64,000 nucleotides of DNA from Centroscyllium fabricii (Eukaryota). The position numbers were made by a program, and so were the translations under genes. Where the stretch lies: the NCBI GenBank assembly GCA_051313645.2, contig JBNRSN020000008.1, positions 121,706,001 through 121,770,000 of the forward strand, written 5' to 3'. The notes under the pieces are model-generated. The model saw only the letters and a list, made by a program, of their open reading frames with translations. It did no database searches and was not told where the DNA came from. Shown one piece after another: positions 1-10,796 of this stretch; within the stretch, counting starts at the first letter, position 1, and every line of letters begins with the position of its first letter.

Positions 1-111
1 ATTTGAGTTTATTTAAGCAGACCTGATACAGAATGTCACCAATGGCTCCAAATGATACAAATATTGTTGATCTCTGAAATACAATAAAAAGCAAACATTG
101 CAGTTTACTGT

Positions 112-201
112 ACACAAGGCAACATACTGCGAATACTGGAAACCTGAAATATCACAGATGCTGCCTGACCTGCTGAGCATTTCCAGCATTTTCTGTTTAT
201 G
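112..201. mobile_element. Short chondrichthyan repeat fragment (Penelope-like/SINE-type end), internally deleted, with 14-bp target-site duplication
   Basis: CACAGATGCTGCCTGACCTGCTGAGCATTTCCAGCATTTTCTG and CATACTGCGAATACTGGAAACCTGAAATA resemble an abundant shark repeat (recalled). Flanked by the direct repeat TTGCAGTTTACTGT at 98-111 and 202-215. Confidence 0.7.
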
Positions 202-1007
202 TTGCAGTTTACTGTCCCCGGCTCGTGTACTGTGCGTCTGCACGACTAGCCATTTAAGAAATAGTTCCTAGTGTACTAAAATACAAAAATGAACGCACCG
301 AAATGAATGTTTCTGTTTAAAAGGAAAAGCTGAATGTTGGCCTGATGTTTTGCCGATAAACATGATAGCTGATTGCAATTTGCTTTTTCCATATTTCAAT
401 TAAATATAATTATATCTGGAAATTAATTGATGAATCTATTTCGATTGTACGGTAAGAATAAAACAAAACCCAGCGTATATTCAAAAATAAACTGAACACC
501 GGCAGCAGAGGAGCACTTATTTATAAATAAAATATGACAAATTGAAGCTCACCTCGGTATCTCTGTAACACAGCTTCTCAAAACGCTTACGTTTTTTTTC
601 GAAAAAGAATTGCCACATTTCCGTCCCGCATGACATAGCATTGCTGTTTACAAAACCTTGAACTGTCTAGACAACATCGTAAAGTTCACTGCTCTAAACA
701 GCTTAATGGCGACTTATTACACCTTCCAGTCACTAAGAAAGGCTTCCGCACTATACACCAAACAAAAGGATCGAGGGAAATCAAAGTAAATAGGACTGAC
801 TAGAAGATTTTAAAAAGGAAGAAAAACACAAAGTCAATTAAATTTATAACGTCCAACATTTGAAAAAGTAAAATAAAATCTGGATCTCACATACATTACA
901 TCAAACAAATCTGTTTAAATTAAGGAAGACCAGGGTGATACTGAAAATGTAGCATCGCCTCGTGAGCATACTAAAGTATATTTTGTAAGGAGAATTCTTA
1001 TAATGTT

Positions 1008-1049
1008 GCCTTTGAACTTCTATAATGTCAAGGTCGTCACCTTTAACCT
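1008..1049. promoter_or_regulatory. Nuclear-receptor half-site cluster, probable orthologue of Hoxd11/d10 'region IX'
   Basis: TCAAGGTCG (NR5A-like) overlaps AGGTCG-TCACCT (IR0) and TCACCT-T-TAACCT (minus-strand DR1) at 1028-1049. Position upstream of HoxD10 fits. Confidence 0.55.
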
Positions 1050-4000
1050 TTTTGAAGACATAGGCGCCTGGTGGCTGTTGGGTTGTGCATGCAGCTTCCC
1101 TCCTAAAGTAAAACAGACACTTCAACATCTAGAGCATGTTACCAAAGTGCGCATGCTTAAGGACACATTCAGTCAAATGTGAGAAATGGCCCTGCCTTAT
1201 AATGTCTCTATTTTAACTGAGTATTTGTGCTTTTCACAAGTTTCATTCAGCAACACTTTTCAAAGGCATTTTGCACAACATAAATAATTACGAACACTCC
1301 TTTGTTATTCTATGCTTAATTTATAGGAAACATATCTTTCCATACAGGTTATTTACATACGAGCTGTACTAGTCAAAAATGTTCATCAAATGTTTATACA
1401 CTGTACCAATCACCCACGAGTGTCTCGGTTACCATGGAAATGGGGGAAATGTAATTTACGACTCAATAGTTGAAATTTCCAATGCAAGTCTGACCGTTCG
1501 ATTTTCTCTGTATCCTTGTAACGCACAATACTGATCCAAGTACGATTTTACTGCATATCTTACTTTAATTACCCATAACATCTATAATTTGATTAGGCTC
1601 GTTAAAAAGTGACAAAACAGCAAAGAGCGTTTACAGTGACACCCTTAACATTGCCAGCGATGGTTGGTTCTGCAAATAGCCACACGGCGGCGCACTGCCG
1701 CTCCGCGGCCCAGCCCAGCAATCGAGGTCTGTGGTAATGGCTTTCAGGAATGAACATGAAATTAACTGAAATAATGTAAGTATTACGAACGATAAAGTTC
1801 TCCTTGTTGCGGTCATATATCTGAAACATTATGTCGAAGTAAGGAATTAAATAAGATACAAGTGACTTAAATACAAAACAGCTCGTTGCACTCGTAAATT
1901 AATTTGGATTATTGCTCGCTTCAAAGATTAAGGGGTCACGTTCTTGTCGTAATAAGTCCAAGATAAATAAAAATCACTTTCCAATGACGTTATTTGGAGA
2001 GATTTGTTAGACGTTACTCAGTATATTCGCTTAAACTTGTTGATCGGATGTGTTGGGTGCAGAATACACGAAGTTACAAAGTAATGGGGTCGAAACAAAG
2101 GTTTTGTAACGTACAACGCAGAAACCAATCAGACTTGGTGTATTATTTCTTCAACAACCCAAATAACATTGTGAATGTGTAGAGTAAACGAAGGGCTATA
2201 TATTGCAGCTAATTTGAAAAACGATGTTAAACAATTTAACAATAGGTGGAAATTGTTAAATCAAACAGCCAACGTTGAGAAAAATGCTAAATAGCTATAT
2301 TCACAACCTGGCGATATGGTCTGCTTAAATGGCAGCTCAGTATCTAAAACAGCCCTTTCTAAGCACTGCTTCCTCCTTACAGCTTCTCCGAATCCAGACA
2401 GATTTAACAAGATTGTGAAATGACGTATTAAACAATCAAATAATATTTCAGGCTCTACATTTCACCTCGATAATGATATTATGTTTAACCACTGTATTGG
2501 TTGTTTTAACACATTGACATGGAACGCCGTTTACATCGTTTTTGCCTGTTAAATTCCTACATTATTTTGTAGAAGTAAAAAATATTTACTTTGGCGAGAA
2601 AAATCAATAACTAACGCATTTTGTCAAAGAAAATGGAAACAAGGGATATTTGACGGCAATATTCTGTGAACCATTCAACGAAACAACCCGCTGAATATAC
2701 GTAATGTGTGGAATTTTCATTTCTTTTACGAGAAATTGTTTCAGAAATTTGTAACGTTATTGTAAAACAGAATTAGCACATATTGTCAACATATTTCTAA
2801 ATAGTCGAAAGCGACTGATCATAGTAAATAGCATTAATATCCGCTCCAACATCACGGAGGTTGGGTATTAATTGGGCCGTTTTGCTTTTAATTTCCTATT
2901 TCCCCACAAAAGATTTAAGAACATAATAAGCTGATTGGCTGGATGTGTTTCACTTTCTGGTGACAAGGCTGGCGTGTTTATTCTTGTCAGCTATCCGCCC
3001 TCCAGTTCCGTACATTTATGTCTATAAACTGTGTTGGGAACTTTTGTTTTTTTGTGTTTGTACAATATTAGGTTTTGTTTTATTTTTAAATGACGAAAAA
3101 CTGTTTTGAAAGAGTTCATTATTCCTGCCTATTTATTTTATAAGATGATAATATTGCATTAATTTTACTCAGACGTAGCCACAAATGCACGGACGCATCT
3201 AATTTAAAACATAGGAAGGCTAATATTCCGTTCCGTGTAATTGCTAACTGATACCTGTGATCGTTTACTGATAGCAAAGATCAGAACAGTTTATTTAATG
3301 TGACAAGGGGTGAAGTGATTTAAATATGTTGGGCTCTGTTGCTAGTAAATTGCAATTTGTAGTAAGGCATAATGAAAGCGGCGGTCGTGTACACTATAAT
3401 TTGGCCTTCACTCACAATTTAACTGAAAACGACCAGTGACCAAAAATATTTCCGAAGTATCTGCAGGTGGCAACATTAAAGCAAAGTTTTCCTATAGACA
3501 ACTGTGGTGGCAAACACAGTTAGGCTGACGGGACTTTTGCGTGCATTTTAACCGGATGTTTATTGAATATTCAGACAGGAAGGGATGTTTCATTCAACCT
3601 TTTTCTACATTTATTTGATAAACTATAAACAAAAGCGCGGGCCGAAACTGATGACGCCCATTCTTTGTTTAATTTTGAGATCTAAACGCTCAAAAACATT
3701 CAAGGTGAAAGTGAAGGATACAAGTGGCTGGCGGTTTCAGGATCACAAGACCATACCAGTTTCGGCTAGTGGGAAATTTAAAAGGAAAATGTTGAGCCTC
3801 CAGCATAGTATAGGGACAACATCCTGGTTAATATTACAAGGAAAACAAGCAAAGAAACATTTTTTCCTGTCTAAAAACTTGCTGTGACATTACAGTGATT
3901 TAAAATTGTTCCACCAAAATGTTTTAAGGACTTGCCAAATGTCCTTTCCATTATTTTATCTCAATTTGAGAGTTGTTGTTGTTGTTGGTGTGTATACGTG

Positions 4001-7000
4001 GAGAGGGGGAATGTTGCCTCATGTTATATTGTAAATCGCTGCAAATGTAACACTACTGACTTCATGTTCCTGTTTAAATCTAATATACATGAAGCTTCCC
4101 TTATATAAAATCCTTCCAGCAAATCACATTCCGCATGTGTGCTTTAAAGTATTACGAGGTTTTAATTAAGCTCCATCATTAGAACTAATTTAAGGAGGAT
4201 TGTATGTAACACTTCTCCCATAAACAGCTTATAACTGCGTTATTAAACATTAAAGTGTCGTTCGGAGACTAATCAGTCAGCCCACTTTCCTTTGCTAAAA
4301 CTTGGCTCTGCGTGAGTTGAGTGTACCCTGATGATAACTGTGTTTGATATTGTAATCTTCTCCTCTGCATACCAGGACACTTTATAGTTCAAAGATTTCA
4401 TAGCCGTTAATTCTAGTGTGTCTGCAGTCGTAATATTTTATGAGTTTTTTGTCATACCAGGGATCTTATGCTACAGGTTTACAGACTTCTAATTTTATTT
4501 GAGCACATTGAAATTAACAATTATAGTATATCATACAGAACCTCTTGATACAATTAAGTTATTTTGTTTACTTGACATGCAATTTTTAGAGATTGGTGCA
4601 GTGAAATCTTAAGGGTGGTTAATACGTTAACCGCTATCATTGGTTTTAATAAACATATTGATACAATCAACGTCAAGCTCGTGTGTAAATAAGCAATAAA
4701 TGTAGACGAGCATGTTGAAGTGGCGTTGTAAATTTAACAAGTTTCCTGCATAGCAATTTACAATTGATAAATATAAACATAAATACAAATGTACTGCGGT
4801 TATACCTCCCAAGTAATATTAGGATAACTAATGTTGCTTGCCTTCAACCTAGCCGGGACAATGTGAGGGCAAATAACTGGTACTAATACATGACCGGCAC
4901 AAGTCACGGCTACTGAGCAGCGAAATGCCTCGTATTGAATGAAAAAGAAAGACTTCATGGTGCAAACACGTTTGAGCTATGCGTTGCCTATTCTAAAATC
5001 AAGATATCTCGTCTTTGGAAGGTTATGTAGATTTGAGATCGCAATTTGTATATAAATACCAGTTTATTATTGTGCAGGCCACACGCCGCGGAGACTTCTC
5101 TGGTTCAAGGCTGCAAGAAGGATCTGCTGTCTGAGATAGTGCAGCATCGATTCTTGTCTGTAATACGTCCAAAATCACCACGGCTTGATTATTTGCTTCT
5201 GGTCGCTTACACGCAAAGTCACCGCCGGTTTGATTTTGTTCACCATGATTCTGAATATTTTTTATAATATGAGGAGGAGGCGTTGTGCAATAAAAACACA
5301 CGACTGGCTCTCGTTCAACAATTCATTGCTTATACACGCAAACCAGAGCGATTAGCCAATTATAAGTTATTTAAGTGGCATATTATTCCAGGTCTAGTCG
5401 TGCTATCTCCATGTGTTTATTGAATGGTATCCATTATTAATAGTAAAACAGTATTGGTGGGGGGTGGCTTGTATTTTATTTTACTGGGATATAAACTACA
5501 TTCATGTTTAGGTTGAGTAGACTTTAGGGTTTACGGCTGTTGTGGATTGTCGACAGAGGAAATAATAAAGAAGAAGACATGAATAGAACGTTGCGTCGAT
5601 CAGTGTTTCTGTATTTGACATGTATTCACTCATGTTACACATACATGCGTCCAGGGTTCCAAAATCCCTAGAAAAGCAACCTTTCCCCCTTTTGTACTGT
5701 TCTTGCCATTGCCTGGAAGACTGGTTTTACATCAGAGCATGTTTACTCTCATTTGTAGTCAAGACAAGATGTTGAATAAATTAATATGAATTTTATCAAT
5801 AATGTATGACGGTCTCAGTTGGATACATTACTTGCTCCGTTATATCGCTCGTCTTTTGAGGTCATTTTAAAGAATTAGTAAACTCATTTTGCACGGACGG
5901 AAAAGTAGTTTAAGAAATTCACAGCCAATTCGAGTGCCTTTTGGAGCCCTTTGCTAAAATAGGTTTGGCTGTTAGGAACAGGATTGTGATATTTTTTGGA
6001 GAAATATAAGCATTCTAGGATCCAAATGATTGCATTTCTCTGCAAATACTTATTGGAAGCAACATTTTGTATGGGTGAGATATGCTACATAACAGCAAGA
6101 CGTTGTGAACGGAGTTAAGTTCTGGCTCAGAATAACTGCTAACAAAGATCAACCATAAAACTTAAAATGCAGGGGCGCTGCAGAGCTGATTGTAAAGATT
6201 TAGACTGCAAAATCTTATCAAATCATAAATAACGATTTGCAAATAAACAGCGGCAAATTATCTACTAAAAGGATTACATCCATTTAAGTCTAACTTACAC
6301 GGCCCACAAATACTTATACTTTTGCTAATGTTCTGTTTATTTTCAATAGTTGCAGAATTTTAAACGTTTCGTGCAAAACTAAAATTTACATTATTCTGAA
6401 ACAATTTCCGAAGATTTACATTGCAAAAAAATTAAAGAAATGCGGCCACCGTGGCAGCCTTGACCCTGACACTGTCGCCTTCTCATTTCTTCGTGTTAGT
6501 TTTGTGTGGATGTCAAATTGCTCCTCCATAGCTGATGCTTGTCGTTATTTGTATTTTCTTAAACCCTAGCGGGTTCTCCCAATGGCCGGGCGGGAACATG
6601 TGCTGTTAAATGGCAAATTGCCTGCAGATACTCAGTAAGTTCGGAAAACCACTTGGATATGTTTGAAGCACAAGAAGTCAACTCCATCAGCCAAGCTGAA
6701 TCCTGAAAACAACAAGTACCACCACTGCTAGCGTTGGGAAGCCGGCGAACATGCTGAGCCTTTCCGCTGTTTTTCACCATGTTTTGACCATCGAGGGCAG
6801 AAACATTTCCGGCCTATTTTGGACAATGTATCTATTGATTATCAACAACAAAAACACCCAACTGCAGCAGGAGCCCAACGTTAAGCTGGGTTTTTAGGAC
6901 AAGGTAATAAACTGTCAACGCCAGTAGTCCTTATTAAAGGTCAACCCCCCCGAATTAATAGCAAGAATCGGAAATGCGGCTCTTTCTCGGCCAGTCTTAA

Positions 7001-7863
7001 ATCTGGGAAGATGTCTGTGCAAATGTTCCAACGCAGCAACAGTACAGAAGTGTGTAATATGTAAATCAGTGTGTCTGCTGTCGATATTTTGTAATGGAAA
7101 GAATATGCGTCCAAGGCGCGAAGTAGCTTACAATAATTCAACATGCGAACTCTGTTGTGGGCACTCGTAACGATCATTTTTACTCATGCAGATTGGGTTT
7201 ATTCTACAATAAAATACTCTTACGCATTTGCAGCCGCAACACGGAGTATAATGTAATTATATAAGAGCAAGACATCTACCCGTGAATACCGGGAAGTCTG
7301 CAAGATTTTGATTCCATTCATTTATTTCACAAAACGTTTGTTTTATATCAAAAGAAAGCCCGGCTGGTTATACATGTAAATGACGTAATGTGCAGAATGC
7401 ACACAATGGATTGCCCCCTCGCAGCGCCGGGTTCCCGAAACTACAAAGATATCCCACATCAGAAACCTCCTCTTCATTCGTTTCTTTTCACCGACGTTTT
7501 CTACAATATCAGTAACTACCGTTACAATCCCCGATGGTCAGAAGCTGCTGCAATTTGTGTTTTTTTTCGATGGATTTCCTTTTTGTTTTATAAAAAAAGC
7601 TTGCGGCATTTTAGCAAACAGAATAAAACCCGAGCGCTAATTATTTTCCTGTTGATGGCTGGGATGAGATTAAACAGCATAAAGTGTGAATGTGTTGATG
7701 GGTTTGAGTCGGGGTCTGTTTGGGGATTGCACTGAACTGGAGCGGACGCCACTTTGGAATGGGTGGTGTAGGTGTCGCTGTTGCCCACAGTTAAGATCAA
7801 ATTCAACTGACTGCGGATCATGTGATGTGCGGGGAGGTAGTGCTTCAAGGCCATTTTCAAATT

Positions 7864-7886
7864 CCATTGGCCCAGTAGTCATGTGG
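7864..7886 (+). promoter_or_regulatory. HoxD10 proximal promoter (reverse CCAAT + E-box)
   Basis: CCATTGGC followed by GTCATGTG about 100 bp before the ATG, the usual NF-Y/USF Hox promoter pairing. Confidence 0.6.
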
Positions 7887-7981
7887 TTGTACAGAGGCAT
7901 CCACAATTACACAGGGAATGTTTTGTTAGAGATGTCAGCTTACAAAGGACATCATCTGCCTTCTTCAAAATACTCTCCAAA

Positions 7982-8720
7982 ATGTCCTGTCCCAACAGCT
8001 CTCCTGCTACTAACTCGTTTTTAGTCGATTCCCTGATTAGTGCGTGTAGGGGTGACAGCTTCTATTCAAACAGCCCCATGTACATGCCGTCGAGCACGGA
8101 TATGGGAACTTACGGAATGCAGACCTGTGGACTGCTCCCGACCATGACTAAACGAGGAGAGGTTAGCCATCAAAATATGAGTATGAGCGTTCACCCGTAT
8201 TTATCTCAGGTAGATGGCTGGGCTGACCCTTCAAGACCATGCCGAATTGAACAACCTGTTACTCCACAGATGCCCACGTGCTCCTTTCCTGCTAGCATAA
8301 AGGAAGAGAGCACTTGCTGTATGTACAATTCCGATAAACGGGCCAAACTCAACCCTGCAGCAATTCCCACCTATCCCAGGCTGGCCTCCGAAATCTGTTC
8401 CAGTGAGAATCCTGAGATTCCCATCCCGGGATATTTCAGACTCTGTCAGGCTTACCCATTGGAGAAAAGCCTGGATTACAATCACGCCGGGGAGATCGGT
8501 TCAAATGTAATGCCGCAGTCAAACCTAGGGTTTATCAGTAAACTCCAGGTAGCCAGCCAGTCTCCAGTGGAAAGGAAAATGAACGAGAAGCCAAGCGTAC
8601 AGGAATCCACTGAGGGAATATATGTGGAAAGTCGTGAACCAAAGCCGAGTTTACTGGAGGCCAGTGCAACCGCTGAGGAAGCCGAGTCTAGCTCGGAACT
8701 ATCGGACAAAGAGGCTAAAG
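7982..8720 (+). CDS. hoxd10: Homeobox protein Hox-D10, exon 1
   Basis: [23 protein letters not shown]...MQTCGLLP...PGYFRL matches vertebrate HOXD10. Donor AAG|GTGAG at 8721, phase 1. Confidence 0.97.
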
Positions 8721-9924
8721 GTGAGCTTTTCAAAGATTTAATGTGAACATGTCAGCATCGTAAAGCTGATACAAAGGTTGCACAGCCACTACAATAGGTA
8801 ACTTTATTGTGGCAATATATTGGGCAAGTTATGTGTTCTTCTGGTCACTTAAATTTACAAAAAAGGGCAAGGAAAGTCTGAATAACATTGCATAAAATGA
8901 CAGTTTTCTTTTATTACAATGAGTTGTTGGAAAATTTGCTCAGTAATGCCATGACATTGTTAATGACATAGTAAAGGTTAGTAAACCATTTACAGATGTC
9001 AGTGTAACATTGATAGTTTCATCTTAGCGTTGGCATGTGTCATATAATACGAGACCTATAGTATTGTATGAGGCTTTTAGTACCATACACGACATATATT
9101 AAGGCCAACTATTTATATATTTAGCACAACGTCCAAGCTCAGCCCTGCTCGCTCTATTGTGGGAAGTAAGTTACTTGCATCATTTGCTGACTTGGAAGTA
9201 TTGAGCGGGAGAGTGCTGATCGCAGTTAAAATGATGGCTTCCCCTGGAATAGTTTATGTTGGATATGTAACATATTGCTATAATCTGTGATAAAAGTTCC
9301 ATTCGAATACTGTGAAATATTGCTACCCACGTATAATCGTAAATTCCAATTAAGCTGCGCTATAAGAGGCAGCGATAGTACGTTTAATACTCGGAGATTT
9401 ACCTTCAGAATTATTGTCATGACCACATACGTTTGTACTGTCAGGATTATACAATCATTAAATTTAGTTATGAAGTTGAAAAACGACCTATTGGTGAAAA
9501 ACCTATTGGTCCATTGCAACCCACAGCTTTATATTCAGTTCACAAGTAATAACATTACCTAATCATCCATCAAAAAATATCAAATGTTATGCTCATCGTA
9601 TCCGCATCTTACTTTGACATTTATTTGACAATTCACAAACAAACCTGTCTCCAGTTGTTCAAAATAATAAACAATACTATTTGCTAACCTCCAAATGCAT
9701 TTTTTTGGTTTCCTTAACCGATTACGAGGTTTTCTCTTTGAATTGCGCCAATTTGTGTGTATATTTGTTTTGACTGCATGCCAACAAGTAAAGAACATGT
9801 AAGTTGTTGCAGTCGGTGTGCAGCGTAATGTGTCAGTTTTGTGTTTAACAGCACTAGCTGAGGTTGCTATGAAGTTAGAGACATGTTTGCTGAATCGCAT
9901 TTCTTGTTTTTTTACTTCTGATAG

Positions 9925-10196
9925 AAGAAATCAAAACTCCGATAAGCAACTGGCTAACAGCAAAGAGTGGAAGGAAGAAGAGATGCCCTTATACAAAATA
10001 TCAAACACTGGAATTAGAAAAAGAATTTTTATTTAATATGTATCTGACTCGTGAGCGCCGTCTAGAGATAAGTAAGAGCGTGAATCTGACCGACAGACAA
10101 GTCAAGATCTGGTTTCAAAATCGTAGAATGAAGCTGAAGAAAATGAGCAGAGAAAACCGAATTCGAGAACTGACCACTAATCTGACCTTCTCGTGA
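9925..10196 (+). CDS. hoxd10: Homeobox protein Hox-D10, exon 2 (homeodomain)
   Basis: Acceptor TTCTGATAG, then [90 protein letters not shown]. Spliced product 336 aa. Confidence 0.97.
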
Positions 10197-10790
10197 GCAT
10201 GGAACACTGATTCGAACGTGATCCAACACATTTGATATTGTAGTGATTTACTGGGGACTGTGGAATCGTTCTGTTTATCCACTCTGGGATATTGTCGATT
10301 ATTCTGATTTGACCATGTTAGTGTTATGGTTGTCTGAAAGTACAATAGCACGTTTACCTTAGCCAGAATATTTTCTAAAATATTGTTCTATTTAACACGG
10401 GGCTAATTATTTACTTCGTTTAGTAAGTAGGTCTTAAGTTATTTGACATGCTATGGATATTCTTGCAATTTGGGAGTTTACTGTACATCAGAACATCAAA
10501 TTTTGCAACATTACAGTATGCAGAAAAAGGACATTTATTTAGTAATTGCAAATCAGATAGGACACTACAATGAAGAATCTTATTAGAAGCACACGATTTG
10601 AATTGTTAATTACAGAGTTACACTTAAACAACAGTCCCATAACGTACAGTGTTCAAATAATTAGGTCTGTAGAAGAAACTCTTTAGGTCCATTTCTGGAG
10701 TGTGTGATGGAGTCGTAATGCAAATTTTCATGTGTATTTATATGCATGTGTCTGTTGCACGTATATATATATATAAATATAAATATAAAT

Positions 10791-10796
10791 AATAAA
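10791..10796 (+). terminator. Candidate HoxD10 polyadenylation signal
   Basis: AATAAA about 600 nt after the stop, at the end of an AT microsatellite-like tract. Confidence 0.45.

Noticed and set aside
499-517. CTCF-like GGCAGCAGAGGAGCAC
   Set aside because: Needs an insertion in the motif core.
7883-7981. N-terminal extension of HoxD10 in the ORF track
   Set aside because: Starts at a GTG inside the promoter E-box. The conserved start is ATG 7982.
8231-8733. Antisense ORFs over Hox exons (also 43837-44306 and 62067-62261)
   Set aside because: Shadow ORFs of GC-richer coding sequence, with no recognisable product.
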